Assembly: GCA_018715495.1 (NCBI GenBank)
Contig: DVLO01000010.1
Location: forward strand, 35,302-99,301
Length of the DNA: 64,000 nt
Direction: 5' to 3'
Origin: Candidatus Limihabitans stercoravium
Lineage (GTDB): Bacteria; Bacillota; Clostridia; Christensenellales; CAG-314
Made by a program: the position numbers and the translations under genes
Notes under the pieces: model-generated
Databases searched by the model: none
The model's input: the letters and a program-made list of their open reading frames with translations, nothing else
What the model was told of the DNA's origin: nothing
Shown: positions 19,118 through 28,272 of the stretch, in pieces
How positions within the stretch are numbered: position 1 is the first letter of the stretch
Layout: each line of letters opens with the position of its first letter

Positions 19118-20935
19118 ATGAAAAAGTTTATCAGATTTTTTAGCATTGTGCTTTGTCTGGTGTTGATGGCTTCCGTTTTTGCAGCTTGTAAGCCTGCAAA
19201 TAAAGACGACATCGAAATTGACGACGAAGGTAACATTCGTCCCAGTGACAAAGAGGCAAGAGTAGAATTCTGGTTCTACGGCGATGATGTTGAACTTGGT
19301 GTATTCGAAAGCCTTGTTGACTCTTTTAACAAGGAAAACGAAGGCGTAATCGAAGTTGACCTTGTAGTAAAGGCATCCAGCAACTACGAAGACGCTGTTC
19401 GTCAGGCTTTGTCAGGCAAGAAACTGGACGTATTCTACGTAGGCGACAACGGTTACAAGTCTTACGCCGAATCAGGTTTGCTATTGGACATCACAGACTA
19501 TATGGAAACAAGTCAGGTTTACAATGTAGATGAAATGTGGGACACAGTGGTTACACGTTACAAGTACGACGTCAACACCAAGTTGTCCAACACCGAAACA
19601 GGCAGATACTACGGCGTACCCAAGGATATCGGTCCTACGGTAATTTTCTACAACGAAACACACTTTAAACAAGCAGACGTTACAGTATTGAGCGTTGCAG
19701 CCGAAGATCTTGAAGCATTCAACGGCGGTGCAGCTGACGCAAGAGGTAACACAAAGGCTCAGTTGGGTATCACAGGTACAGTAAAGGAACAGGGATTCTT
19801 CCGCGACAACGGCAAGATGTTCTTCAACAACCAGATTCCCATGAGCTGGCAGGAAACAAACGAACTTGCAAAGATTCTGCAAGACGAACAACGCAAGACA
19901 AACAACAACGCTTACGGTTACTTCACCGAATGGTGGTTCAACTACGGTTGGTCTGTAGGTGGCGACTGTATCCAATACATTCCTACAAGTGACACCGGTT
20001 ACACAGGCGGTTACTACGATTTCACATTGATGGACGACACCAAGAACTACATTGTTGCCGATGACGTAACAGAAGGAGTTACAGTAAACGGTGTTAAGTA
20101 CAATGCAGGTGAAATCATTGAATACAAGGACAAGCTTGGTCTTACAACAGTTGCTACTGCAGGTGGCGATTACAACAAGGAAATCACAGCTGAAGTTCTT
20201 TCATTGGTTGAACAGGACAAGTTGAACGAACTTCCCAGCCAACGTGAAGCATTTACCGAATTTGTATGTATCGGTTCTAAGGAAGGACAAAAAGTTGACG
20301 AATTCGGAGGAAAAACCTACACAGGTTACGGAATCACACCCAGCCCCTCGTCCATCGGTACTGACGCAGGTAAGACAGTTGAATTTGTAAACGGTAACAT
20401 CTCCATGCTGGTAGACGGCAGATGGAACGTTACAAACTTCCGTGAAATGATGACAGACGAATGGGACGTTGCTCCGTTGCCCATGTACAAGGAATACGAC
20501 TCTGAAGGTAACATCACTGTACACGGTATCGAAGCCGGACACAGCGGTTCAGTTGGTCTGTGCATCAACAAGAACAGTCAGGTTCCCACAGCATCCTGGA
20601 AGTTCATCGAATACATCGGCGGCGTTAAGGGTCAGACATTGCAAGCCGAAGCAGGTTTCGCAATTCCTTTGCAAAAAGAACTTGCTAACAGCGATGTTTT
20701 CCTGCAACCCGGTCAAGATCCTAAGAACTCAATTGTGTTCGTACGTGCAGCTGAAATTCAGCAGGCAGGTGACTGGTGGTATCTGTCCGACAAGAAGTGG
20801 ATTGACGACTGGGCAGGCGTATTGAACGGCGACGTAAGAAACGGCAACAAGACAATGACCGAATTCTTTAACTGCTACGAATACCAGAGCACATTTAATA
20901 AACTTCTTTCCTACACTAAAGTATTTGGGGCTTAA
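19118..20935 (+). CDS. ABC transporter extracellular solute-binding lipoprotein (CUT1-type, large)
   Basis: Signal peptide with lipobox AACK; GGAGG RBS. The SBP_bac_1-like pattern is present and two MalFG-type permeases follow. Confidence 0.85.
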   Translation: MKKFIRFFSIVLCLVLMASVFAACKPANKDDIEIDDEGNIRPSDKEARVEFWFYGDDVELGVFESLVDSFNKENEGVIEVDLVVKASSNYEDAVRQALSGKKLDVFYVGDNGYKSYAESGLLLDITDYMETSQVYNVDEMWDTVVTRYKYDVNTKLSNTETGRYYGVPKDIGPTVIFYNETHFKQADVTVLSVAAEDLEAFNGGAADARGNTKAQLGITGTVKEQGFFRDNGKMFFNNQIPMSWQETNELAKILQDEQRKTNNNAYGYFTEWWFNYGWSVGGDCIQYIPTSDTGYTGGYYDFTLMDDTKNYIVADDVTEGVTVNGVKYNAGEIIEYKDKLGLTTVATAGGDYNKEITAEVLSLVEQDKLNELPSQREAFTEFVCIGSKEGQKVDEFGGKTYTGYGITPSPSSIGTDAGKTVEFVNGNISMLVDGRWNVTNFREMMTDEWDVAPLPMYKEYDSEGNITVHGIEAGHSGSVGLCINKNSQVPTASWKFIEYIGGVKGQTLQAEAGFAIPLQKELANSDVFLQPGQDPKNSIVFVRAAEIQQAGDWWYLSDKKWIDDWAGVLNGDVRNGNKTMTEFFNCYEYQSTFNKLLSYTKVFGA

Positions 20936-20962
20936 AACCTAAGCCCCTCTCCACAAGAGAGG
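20927..20962 (+). other. Intercistronic stem-loops between the binding-protein and permease genes
   Basis: GGGGCTT/AAGCCCC and CCTCTC/GAGAGG hairpins in the 35-nt spacer. This position is typical of differential mRNA stabilisation in ABC operons. Confidence 0.35.
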
Positions 20963-20970
20963 ACATTGAA

Positions 20971-21897
20971 ATGTATCTGCAAAATATTTACAACAAACGT
21001 AAAAAGACGGGACGTGCCGAAAACATCAGCGGTTTGCTGATGGCCCTCATCCCTGTTGTAGGATTTGCATTGTTTGGTTTTATTCCATTGGTGATTGCCA
21101 TTGTGATATCTTTCATGTACATTCCGGGCAGAGGAGATATTGCCAACGGTACATTCAACGGAATACAGAACTTTGTCGAAGTTTTGTCCGACCCGATGTT
21201 CTGGAAGTCTATCGGAAACACATTGATCATGGCTTTGTCGTTGCCTATCTGTATCGTCATTGCATTGATCATCGGTTATCTGTTGACCAAAAACATCAAG
21301 GGTACAAAGGTATTCCGTTCTATCTATTTCATTCCTTACGTCTGCTGTGCCGTTTCCGTCACTTTGATGTGGGAATTGATTTTCAACCAGAATCACGGTA
21401 TATTGAACTCATGGTTGGGTCTGGATCGTGAAACGGCTATTCCATGGCTGACAAATTCCGACTACTACCTTGGTGTAATGGTGTTGATAGGTGTGTGGTC
21501 GGGTACTGCCTACGGAATCGTGTTGTACGGCGCTGCATTGACAAATGTCAACAGCACACTGTACGAGGCTGCAAAGGTGGACGGAGCAAATTCTTTCCAG
21601 AGTTTTATTCACATTACTCTTCCTGCCATTTCGCCAACAACATTCTTCCTGTTGACAACGGGTATCATCGGTGCATTGCAGGAATTTGTAAGACCGCAGA
21701 TTTTAGGCGGAGGCGGAAACGGTGCAGGTCCCAACAACGACGGTCTGACAATCGTATTTTACTTGTACCGCAACGCATTTTCTTACGACGGAACAATGGG
21801 TATTGCCGCCGCTACGGCATTTTTGCTTGCGTTGATGATACTTATCGTTACTGTAATCAACTTTAAGGTATCTAAGAAGTGGGTGAGCTATGATTAA
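20971..21897 (+). CDS. Sugar ABC transporter permease (MalF/UgpA-like)
   Basis: Six TM segments; EAA-loop region YEAAKVDGANSFQSFIHITLP. Confidence 0.9.
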   Translation: MYLQNIYNKRKKTGRAENISGLLMALIPVVGFALFGFIPLVIAIVISFMYIPGRGDIANGTFNGIQNFVEVLSDPMFWKSIGNTLIMALSLPICIVIALIIGYLLTKNIKGTKVFRSIYFIPYVCCAVSVTLMWELIFNQNHGILNSWLGLDRETAIPWLTNSDYYLGVMVLIGVWSGTAYGIVLYGAALTNVNSTLYEAAKVDGANSFQSFIHITLPAISPTTFFLLTTGIIGALQEFVRPQILGGGGNGAGPNNDGLTIVFYLYRNAFSYDGTMGIAAATAFLLALMILIVTVINFKVSKKWVSYD

Positions 21898-22789
21898 CAG
21901 AATTAACATACGTAAAGACACTTCGGAGTTGGTAAAGAAAGGTTTTGCCAGAGCCGCAGTTTATATTGTACTTATACTGTTTGCGCTGTGGATCATCGTA
22001 CCGTTCTCGTTGGTATTGGTGACATCTTTCAAGACAGCCGCCGAAGCTAACAGCCTCGATTTCCACTGGTGGCCCACCGACGGATTTACTTTGCAAGGCT
22101 ATGAAGCAATCTTCAATTACGACACAGGTTCGGCAATCGAAGGCGTGCCGCTACTTGTAATGGGCTTTTTCAACACATTGTGGATTATTTTACCGCCCAC
22201 TCTGTTGGGATTGTTCTGTTCATCTTTGAGCGCCTACGCTTTTGCCAAGTTGCGTTTTAAAGGCAAGAACTGGCTGTTCTCGTTGTTGCTCTTGACAATG
22301 ATGATTCCCGGTACAATTTTGCTGACGCCAAGCTACATAATCTACAACCAGATAGGTTGGGTTGACACTCCGTTGCCCTTGATGATTCCCGGTATGTTCG
22401 GTGCGGCAACATGTGTGTTCTTCATGCGTCAGTTCTACGCAGGAATCCCAAGCGAATTGCTGGAAGCTGCTAAACTGGACGGCATGGGTTACTTCAAGAT
22501 GTTCTTTAAGATAATGGTGCCGTTGTCCGTTCCCGCATTGCTGGCTCAGGGATTGTTGGGCTTCATCGGCGGTTACAACGACTATCTCGGACCGTTTATT
22601 TATCTGCAATCGCCTGAAATGTACACATTGCAAATCACCTTGAACCTTTTAAAGGACGTATTTGCATTGAAGAATGTTCCTGCAATGATGGCGGCTACGG
22701 TAATAAGTATATTGCCTACAATCATTTTGTACCTGATAGCGCAGAAATACTTCGTAGAAGGTATTGCTACCAGCGGTATGAAACTGTAA
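21890..22789 (+). CDS. Sugar ABC transporter permease (MalG/UgpE-like)
   Basis: EAA loop LLEAAKLDGMGYFKMFFKIMVP; overlaps the previous permease by 8 nt. Confidence 0.9.
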   Translation: MINRINIRKDTSELVKKGFARAAVYIVLILFALWIIVPFSLVLVTSFKTAAEANSLDFHWWPTDGFTLQGYEAIFNYDTGSAIEGVPLLVMGFFNTLWIILPPTLLGLFCSSLSAYAFAKLRFKGKNWLFSLLLLTMMIPGTILLTPSYIIYNQIGWVDTPLPLMIPGMFGAATCVFFMRQFYAGIPSELLEAAKLDGMGYFKMFFKIMVPLSVPALLAQGLLGFIGGYNDYLGPFIYLQSPEMYTLQITLNLLKDVFALKNVPAMMAATVISILPTIILYLIAQKYFVEGIATSGMKL

Positions 22790-22816
22790 CAGTTACACTA
22801 ATTAAGGAGAAATTAC

Positions 22817-25270
22817 ATGTTTAAAAGAACTTTTGCATTGCTTGTTGTATTGGTAATGCTGTGCTCTACGGTATTTGCCTTGACAGCTTGTAAACCAAAG
22901 GATGGCGGTGATGCAGGCGAATTTGTCTACACTGACTATCCCGATGTTGCCGAAGCCGACTACAACAAGAATCTTTACTTCTTTAATGAAGCAAACTTTC
23001 AGGTTGCAGACCCCTCTGTAATCTACATCACCGAAGGCGAAGAAGCAGGTTACTTCTACGCTTACGGCACAAGCGACCTTATTCAATGTCACGGTATTCA
23101 GACATGGCGTTCGAAAGACCTGACCAACTGGGAATACATGGGCGTTGCATTCGAACCTGACTTTTCCGAAACATGGGCGCACAACAACTACTGGGCTCCC
23201 GAAGTACTGTACGATGAAGAAGACGAACTGTACTACATGTTCTACAGTGCGATGGATTACAGAGAAAACAGCAGATTGCACATCAGCGTTGCTTACTCCG
23301 AAAATCCCTACGGTCCTTTCGAATGTCCTGACGGCATGACAAATGCCAACGGCGAAGAACTTTCCAAGTCCGAACCCGTTTACGAATTTTCAAGCATCCT
23401 TCCCAACCGTGAAGGTATCGAAAACCAGATCTTGGACAACCACGCATTCGTTGATCCCGTAACAGGCGACAAGTACATGTACTTCTCCGCTTGGCAAGAT
23501 TGGGGCAAGCGTGGATATCAGGAAATCTACGGTGTAAAGATGATTGACTGGTTTACTCCCGATTACAGCACATTGAAACAGCTGACATCTATCTACAACA
23601 CAACAGTAGGTGATTTCCGTCAGGAAATGGAGAGTAGCAACACTCACTTCGGTGACATCGATGAAGGCGGTTCCGGTTACGCAACGGTAAACGAAGGTCC
23701 GTTCATCTACTACAAGGACGGAACTTACTTCTTGACATTCTCTGTTTACGCTTACACAAGCGAACTTTATCAGGTACGTCAGGCAATTTCCGACAGTCCT
23801 CTTGGCGACTACACCAAGATTCAACCCGATGAAGGCGGTACAGTGCTGGCAACAAGTCCCGAATGGGGCAACGTAGCAAGCGCAGGTCACCACTGTTTCA
23901 TCAAGGCAGGGGATGAACTGATGATTGCTTACCACACATTCCTGAACCGTCGTGACATCGAAGGCGGTCGTGCATTGGCAGTAGACAGAGTTTCCTTTGT
24001 TAAAAACGAAGACGGTCAGTTGCTCATGCACGGTAACGGTCCTACTTACTCCTTCCAGCCATTGCCCGAAGCTGTAAGCGGCTACAAGGATGTGGCTAAG
24101 GACGCAACAATCACTGCAAGTCACACAGCGGAAGACAGCGATGTCAGTTACCTTACCGACGGACTTCTCAAAGCTCACGATTACGACCTTGTAAAGGAAT
24201 ACACAACCAAGAGTGTTTCCTCTACAGAAATTGCAACAATCAACTTGAAGTTCGACGATTGGACAAACGTTCGTTCCGTACTTGTTTACAACAGCATGGA
24301 ATACAACAGCTCTTTCGTTCAGCTTGAATACGTCAAGTTGAAGTACATGACGGAAAGCGGTGAAGCATGGGCTCAGGCAGACGACGTAGCATTCGACTAC
24401 TCATGGAACTCCGACAGCCGTTCTACAATGTATCCCGGCGGTGCGTCAATTCTTGAATTTGACGAAATGCCCGTCAAGGAAATTGAAATCGGTATCAAGT
24501 TGAGTAGCGGTGTACCTTTCGTATCAATTGGTGAAATTTACGTAATGGGTAAAAATGTTGAAAATCCCGAACCTGTAACAAAGTTTGCCGATTCCTACAC
24601 CTACGAACAACCTGTAATCGGCGATTACATCAAGTATGCCGAAGGCGTTAGCGTTGGTAGTGTTGGCGGATACAATACAACGTGGGGTTACGGCGACCTG
24701 TCAACAGACGACGGTACAGAAAATGCTTACATCGAAAATACGGCTCCAGGCGATCAATTTGCTTACTTCAAGAATGCAACCGGCGACTACTTCTACTTCG
24801 AAGCAGAAATGACAATTACCGAAGACAAGCCTTACCGCATGGGAGACGGCACTCAGGAAATGTTCCCCAAGTTCGGTCTGGTATTGAAGGCTGAAATGGG
24901 TAGTACCTTCTTCTACATTGACTCTGCTTACAACGGTGGATTCACTAACGAAGCAGTGGGCTACACGCAGCGTAAGTCTGACAACAGCGATTACGACTGG
25001 GTAAATACCGAAAAGTTGACAACTGTACCCGGATTGAAGTACACCGAAGGCAACTACGCTAAACTTGCAATTGCTCGTATGGGTACAACTTACTACTTCT
25101 TTGCAAACGGACAGTTTATCGGCTCTGAAACCGGTCTGCGTGGCTTGAACGGCGAAGTTGTAGGCGGATGTCTGGTATTCAACATGGGTATCAAGGTTCG
25201 CAACTACAACGTAATCAACGGACAAGCTCAAGTTGAAGCACAATTGCAATCTTTGGGCGTACAGCTGTAA
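22817..25270 (+). CDS. Surface lipoprotein: GH43 catalytic domain, a beta-sandwich binding module and a ConA/LamG-like domain
   Basis: Lipobox LTACK. GH43 motifs ADPSV, YWAPEV, LDNHAF and VNEGPF. The C-terminal domain is paralogous to the start of 14864..17953. Confidence 0.8.
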   Translation: MFKRTFALLVVLVMLCSTVFALTACKPKDGGDAGEFVYTDYPDVAEADYNKNLYFFNEANFQVADPSVIYITEGEEAGYFYAYGTSDLIQCHGIQTWRSKDLTNWEYMGVAFEPDFSETWAHNNYWAPEVLYDEEDELYYMFYSAMDYRENSRLHISVAYSENPYGPFECPDGMTNANGEELSKSEPVYEFSSILPNREGIENQILDNHAFVDPVTGDKYMYFSAWQDWGKRGYQEIYGVKMIDWFTPDYSTLKQLTSIYNTTVGDFRQEMESSNTHFGDIDEGGSGYATVNEGPFIYYKDGTYFLTFSVYAYTSELYQVRQAISDSPLGDYTKIQPDEGGTVLATSPEWGNVASAGHHCFIKAGDELMIAYHTFLNRRDIEGGRALAVDRVSFVKNEDGQLLMHGNGPTYSFQPLPEAVSGYKDVAKDATITASHTAEDSDVSYLTDGLLKAHDYDLVKEYTTKSVSSTEIATINLKFDDWTNVRSVLVYNSMEYNSSFVQLEYVKLKYMTESGEAWAQADDVAFDYSWNSDSRSTMYPGGASILEFDEMPVKEIEIGIKLSSGVPFVSIGEIYVMGKNVENPEPVTKFADSYTYEQPVIGDYIKYAEGVSVGSVGGYNTTWGYGDLSTDDGTENAYIENTAPGDQFAYFKNATGDYFYFEAEMTITEDKPYRMGDGTQEMFPKFGLVLKAEMGSTFFYIDSAYNGGFTNEAVGYTQRKSDNSDYDWVNTEKLTTVPGLKYTEGNYAKLAIARMGTTYYFFANGQFIGSETGLRGLNGEVVGGCLVFNMGIKVRNYNVINGQAQVEAQLQSLGVQL

Positions 25271-25281
25271 ATAACAAACAA

Positions 25282-25312
25282 GTGTAGGGCGAAGTGTATC
25301 TTTGCCCTACAC
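25282..25312 (+). terminator. Hairpin after the GH43 lipoprotein gene
   Basis: GTGTAGGGC / GCCCTACAC, followed by an A/T-rich tail. Confidence 0.6.
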
Positions 25313-25362
25313 AATTAAATTTAGTTAGTAAAAGGGGACGTTTTGTAAAAACGATAGTTACT

Positions 25363-26280
25363 ATGAAAATCATCAACCAATTGACAGATCTCAAGGGAAG
25401 TCAACCCGATCCGTTTATTATCTCAGACAACGGCAAGTTCTACATCTATTGCACAGGTTACGATGGTGTATATTGCTACATTTCCGACACTCTTGAAAAC
25501 TTCAACTACTACGGCAAGGTGTTGTCGGTTGAAGGTCAGAAGGAATACTGGGCACCATGCGTAGTCAAGATTGACGGCAATTTCTACATGTACTACTCAT
25601 CAATGCCTTGTGACAGCGACGATGTTCACACTCAGGCAATCAAGGTTGCCGTTTCAGGAAGACCCGAAGGTCCGTTTGAATACGTCAAGGATCTTTTGCC
25701 TCCCTTCTCAATCGATGCCGATGTCAAGGTCAACGATTTGGGTATTTACATGTTTTATTCAGTAAACCGTTACGAAGGCGAACGTGTAGGAACTTACATC
25801 AAGGTGGACAAGATGTCCGACCCTTACACATTGGAAGGCAATCCAATTGACGTGGTAGTTCCCACGCTTGATGAGGAAATTTTCCAAAAAGACAGGTTTG
25901 TCAAGGGACAGCATTGGCACACAATTGAAGGGGCAAGCTACTTTTTCCGTGACGGCTACCATTACTGCCTGTTCAGCGGCAACTGTTACGAAAAGGATAC
26001 TTACTACATCGGTTACAGTGTAGCTCACAGTGACGAAATGCAACTCAACAAGTTGAATTTTAAGAAGTATCCCGACGACAACACCTACGCACCGTTGATT
26101 AAAAGCAACGACTACGAATACGGTACAGGACACAACAGCGTAATAGATGTTGACGGACAGCTTTATGTAGTGTATCATGGACGTGACGAAGTCAAGACAT
26201 CACATATGGATACCCGCACAGCACGTATTTGCAAACTTTTTGCAGACAATGGCGTATTGCGTGTGGAAAGGTACAAGTAA
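25363..26280 (+). CDS. Glycoside hydrolase family 43, intracellular
   Basis: PDPFII, YWAPCV, SIDADV, TIEGASYF and GTGHNSV. I chose the ATG at 25363 because the ORF-track start at 25294 lies inside the terminator hairpin. Confidence 0.8.
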   Translation: MKIINQLTDLKGSQPDPFIISDNGKFYIYCTGYDGVYCYISDTLENFNYYGKVLSVEGQKEYWAPCVVKIDGNFYMYYSSMPCDSDDVHTQAIKVAVSGRPEGPFEYVKDLLPPFSIDADVKVNDLGIYMFYSVNRYEGERVGTYIKVDKMSDPYTLEGNPIDVVVPTLDEEIFQKDRFVKGQHWHTIEGASYFFRDGYHYCLFSGNCYEKDTYYIGYSVAHSDEMQLNKLNFKKYPDDNTYAPLIKSNDYEYGTGHNSVIDVDGQLYVVYHGRDEVKTSHMDTRTARICKLFADNGVLRVERYK

Positions 26281-26760
26281 TTGATTGAAATTTACGATTT
26301 TTCTGTGAAAAACAAGCTCAGACACCAACTTACTGCAATGACAGTCAAATACTGTCTTGCAGTTGTGTGCTGGGCTTTTTTGTGTGTTTTAGCAGTTGTC
26401 ACATTGTCAAGATTGTTGTGGCTGTCAGTTACGCTGGCAGGCATTGTGACACTGGCGTTTCTTCTGTGGTCGGTGGTATTCTGGAATATCACCTACGGCA
26501 GGACAAGACGGTATCTGCGCTTTTTAGACAATGCCGAAACTGGCAGACGTTGTGACATTGTGGCTGTATTTCAAGGCTTTGGCGACACAGTCTCAAGGTA
26601 CGGATTGCAATTTAAACAGTACAACGTTACCGATGTCAACAACGGGCAAGCAGTGCTGATTGCGGAAATTTCCGTAGATGTACCGTTAGAGGTAGGTAGC
26701 AAGTACTACCTTACATGTGCGGGGGATATGCTTCTGGCATATAAGAGATATGACGATTGA
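26281..26760 (+). CDS. Small membrane protein (2 TM helices plus a C-terminal soluble domain), unknown function
   Basis: The TTG start abuts the GH43 stop (an ATG at 26338 is an alternative). Hydrophobic segments are present. The 3' end overlaps the next gene. Confidence 0.5.
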   Translation: MIEIYDFSVKNKLRHQLTAMTVKYCLAVVCWAFLCVLAVVTLSRLLWLSVTLAGIVTLAFLLWSVVFWNITYGRTRRYLRFLDNAETGRRCDIVAVFQGFGDTVSRYGLQFKQYNVTDVNNGQAVLIAEISVDVPLEVGSKYYLTCAGDMLLAYKRYDD

Positions 26761-27283
26761 CAACAAGTTTACCCGTGATCGTGTAAAAAAGGTGCTGAAG
26801 CCTACTTTGATTGTGGTGTTGGTGGTGGCAGTAGTGATGGGATGTTTTTTCGCTTACTACCTTTTGTCCCTTCCTTCACCTAAAGAAAAACTGACCATAT
26901 GGGTGGGAAGTACGGAGCTGAATTACTCTGAGAAGTTGCACGACGATGTGTTGGAATACGCTTCTCAGTACGGCATCACTCATTGCAGTTTTGTGATACG
27001 CAATCCCGATGACTTCTACTACGACACGGCATTTAGCCTGAGCGGATACTATTCCGCCGATGTGTTTATTTTGGATGAAAAACAGATTGAGTCGTATCAG
27101 GAAACGGCGTTGTTCATGCCTTTAAATGTTGCGGAAGGTTACCGCTATCAGGACAAGGTAATCGGTATTCCCTTGACGGAAGAACTGTACGTTCTTCTAA
27201 ACTATCGCAGTGACAAGGATGCCGACATGCTGATGGACGTTGCACAATTTTTGATACAGACAATCAATGAGGATGTACAATGA
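26750..27283 (+). CDS. Membrane-anchored extracytoplasmic protein, unknown function (weakly like the N-lobe of a solute-binding protein)
   Basis: The ATG at 26750 overlaps the upstream stop (ATGACGATTGA). Single N-terminal TM helix. Confidence 0.5.
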   Translation: MTIDNKFTRDRVKKVLKPTLIVVLVVAVVMGCFFAYYLLSLPSPKEKLTIWVGSTELNYSEKLHDDVLEYASQYGITHCSFVIRNPDDFYYDTAFSLSGYYSADVFILDEKQIESYQETALFMPLNVAEGYRYQDKVIGIPLTEELYVLLNYRSDKDADMLMDVAQFLIQTINEDVQ

Positions 27284-28272
27284 AGAAAAAAGGCTTAGTG
27301 GAACAGGTCGTCCTTGGTAAAGTAAAAGACAAGGATTTTACCGTAAACGATTTACCTGCCAACAGATTTCAGCTCTTCAGGTTTCTGATGAGAAACAAGT
27401 TACGTCAGCTATACTGCAATCATTTGCTTTCGGCTTTGTTTTTTATTCCGTTGCTTGCATGGGCTGTGCTGTGTATTTCCTACACCGATCTTACATTTGG
27501 TGACGGTACAGCTCTTGAACAGCTGACAAGACTTCCCTACTACACGGCTGTGGTTTACGGCACGGCAATTCCGTTGTGGATGCTTGCATTTTGGGGATTG
27601 TCGGGCGGAATGTTTGTAACCCGCAAGTTGTGTTGGGGTGAACCCGTTGTTTTGAGAAAGGATTTTAAAAAGGGAATGAAGCAAAGCGGCGGTCAGTTTG
27701 TTTTTATAGGTTTCATTACCGGCATTTTGTGGCTGATTGTTGCTTTTTCCAGCAAGTGGCTTGCATTGTATGCAATGCAGTATGGCGCAAGTATTCTGAC
27801 TTCTGTAGGAATGGGCTGTCTTGTAATTGTAGCTCTTGTGCTGACAGGCGTTACAATGTTTGCGCTTTCTATGGCAAGTTTGTACAACGTTTCCTTGGGA
27901 CGTCTGTACATCAACAGTTTTAAACTGTACTTTGCAACTTTCTTGAAGTCAAGCGGTATTGTGATTTTAAGCGTATTGCTTCCGCTTGTACTGTTACTTG
28001 TGCCGTTGGTATTGACACAGCTCATCGCTTACTGTCTGTTTGTAGTGGTGCAAATAGGCTGGATGATGTTGCTGTTCACACTGTGTAGTCACAGTGCATT
28101 CGACAAGTTTATCAATTCTAAGGATTACCCGGATTTTTACGGCAAGGGATTGCGCTACGGTAAGATGGACAAGGCAGAAGCAGTTGAAACGGTTGTCGAA
28201 CAACCGACAAACCAGCCATTCGAACAGCAGGAAGTTGAAGACGGATTTGAGAGGCCGTCAGGTAACGACTAG
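27280..28272 (+). CDS. Polytopic membrane protein (possibly YesL/DUF624-like)
   Basis: ATGA overlap with the upstream gene; about 6 TM helices; acidic C-terminal tail. Confidence 0.55.
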   Translation: MKKKGLVEQVVLGKVKDKDFTVNDLPANRFQLFRFLMRNKLRQLYCNHLLSALFFIPLLAWAVLCISYTDLTFGDGTALEQLTRLPYYTAVVYGTAIPLWMLAFWGLSGGMFVTRKLCWGEPVVLRKDFKKGMKQSGGQFVFIGFITGILWLIVAFSSKWLALYAMQYGASILTSVGMGCLVIVALVLTGVTMFALSMASLYNVSLGRLYINSFKLYFATFLKSSGIVILSVLLPLVLLLVPLVLTQLIAYCLFVVVQIGWMMLLFTLCSHSAFDKFINSKDYPDFYGKGLRYGKMDKAEAVETVVEQPTNQPFEQQEVEDGFERPSGND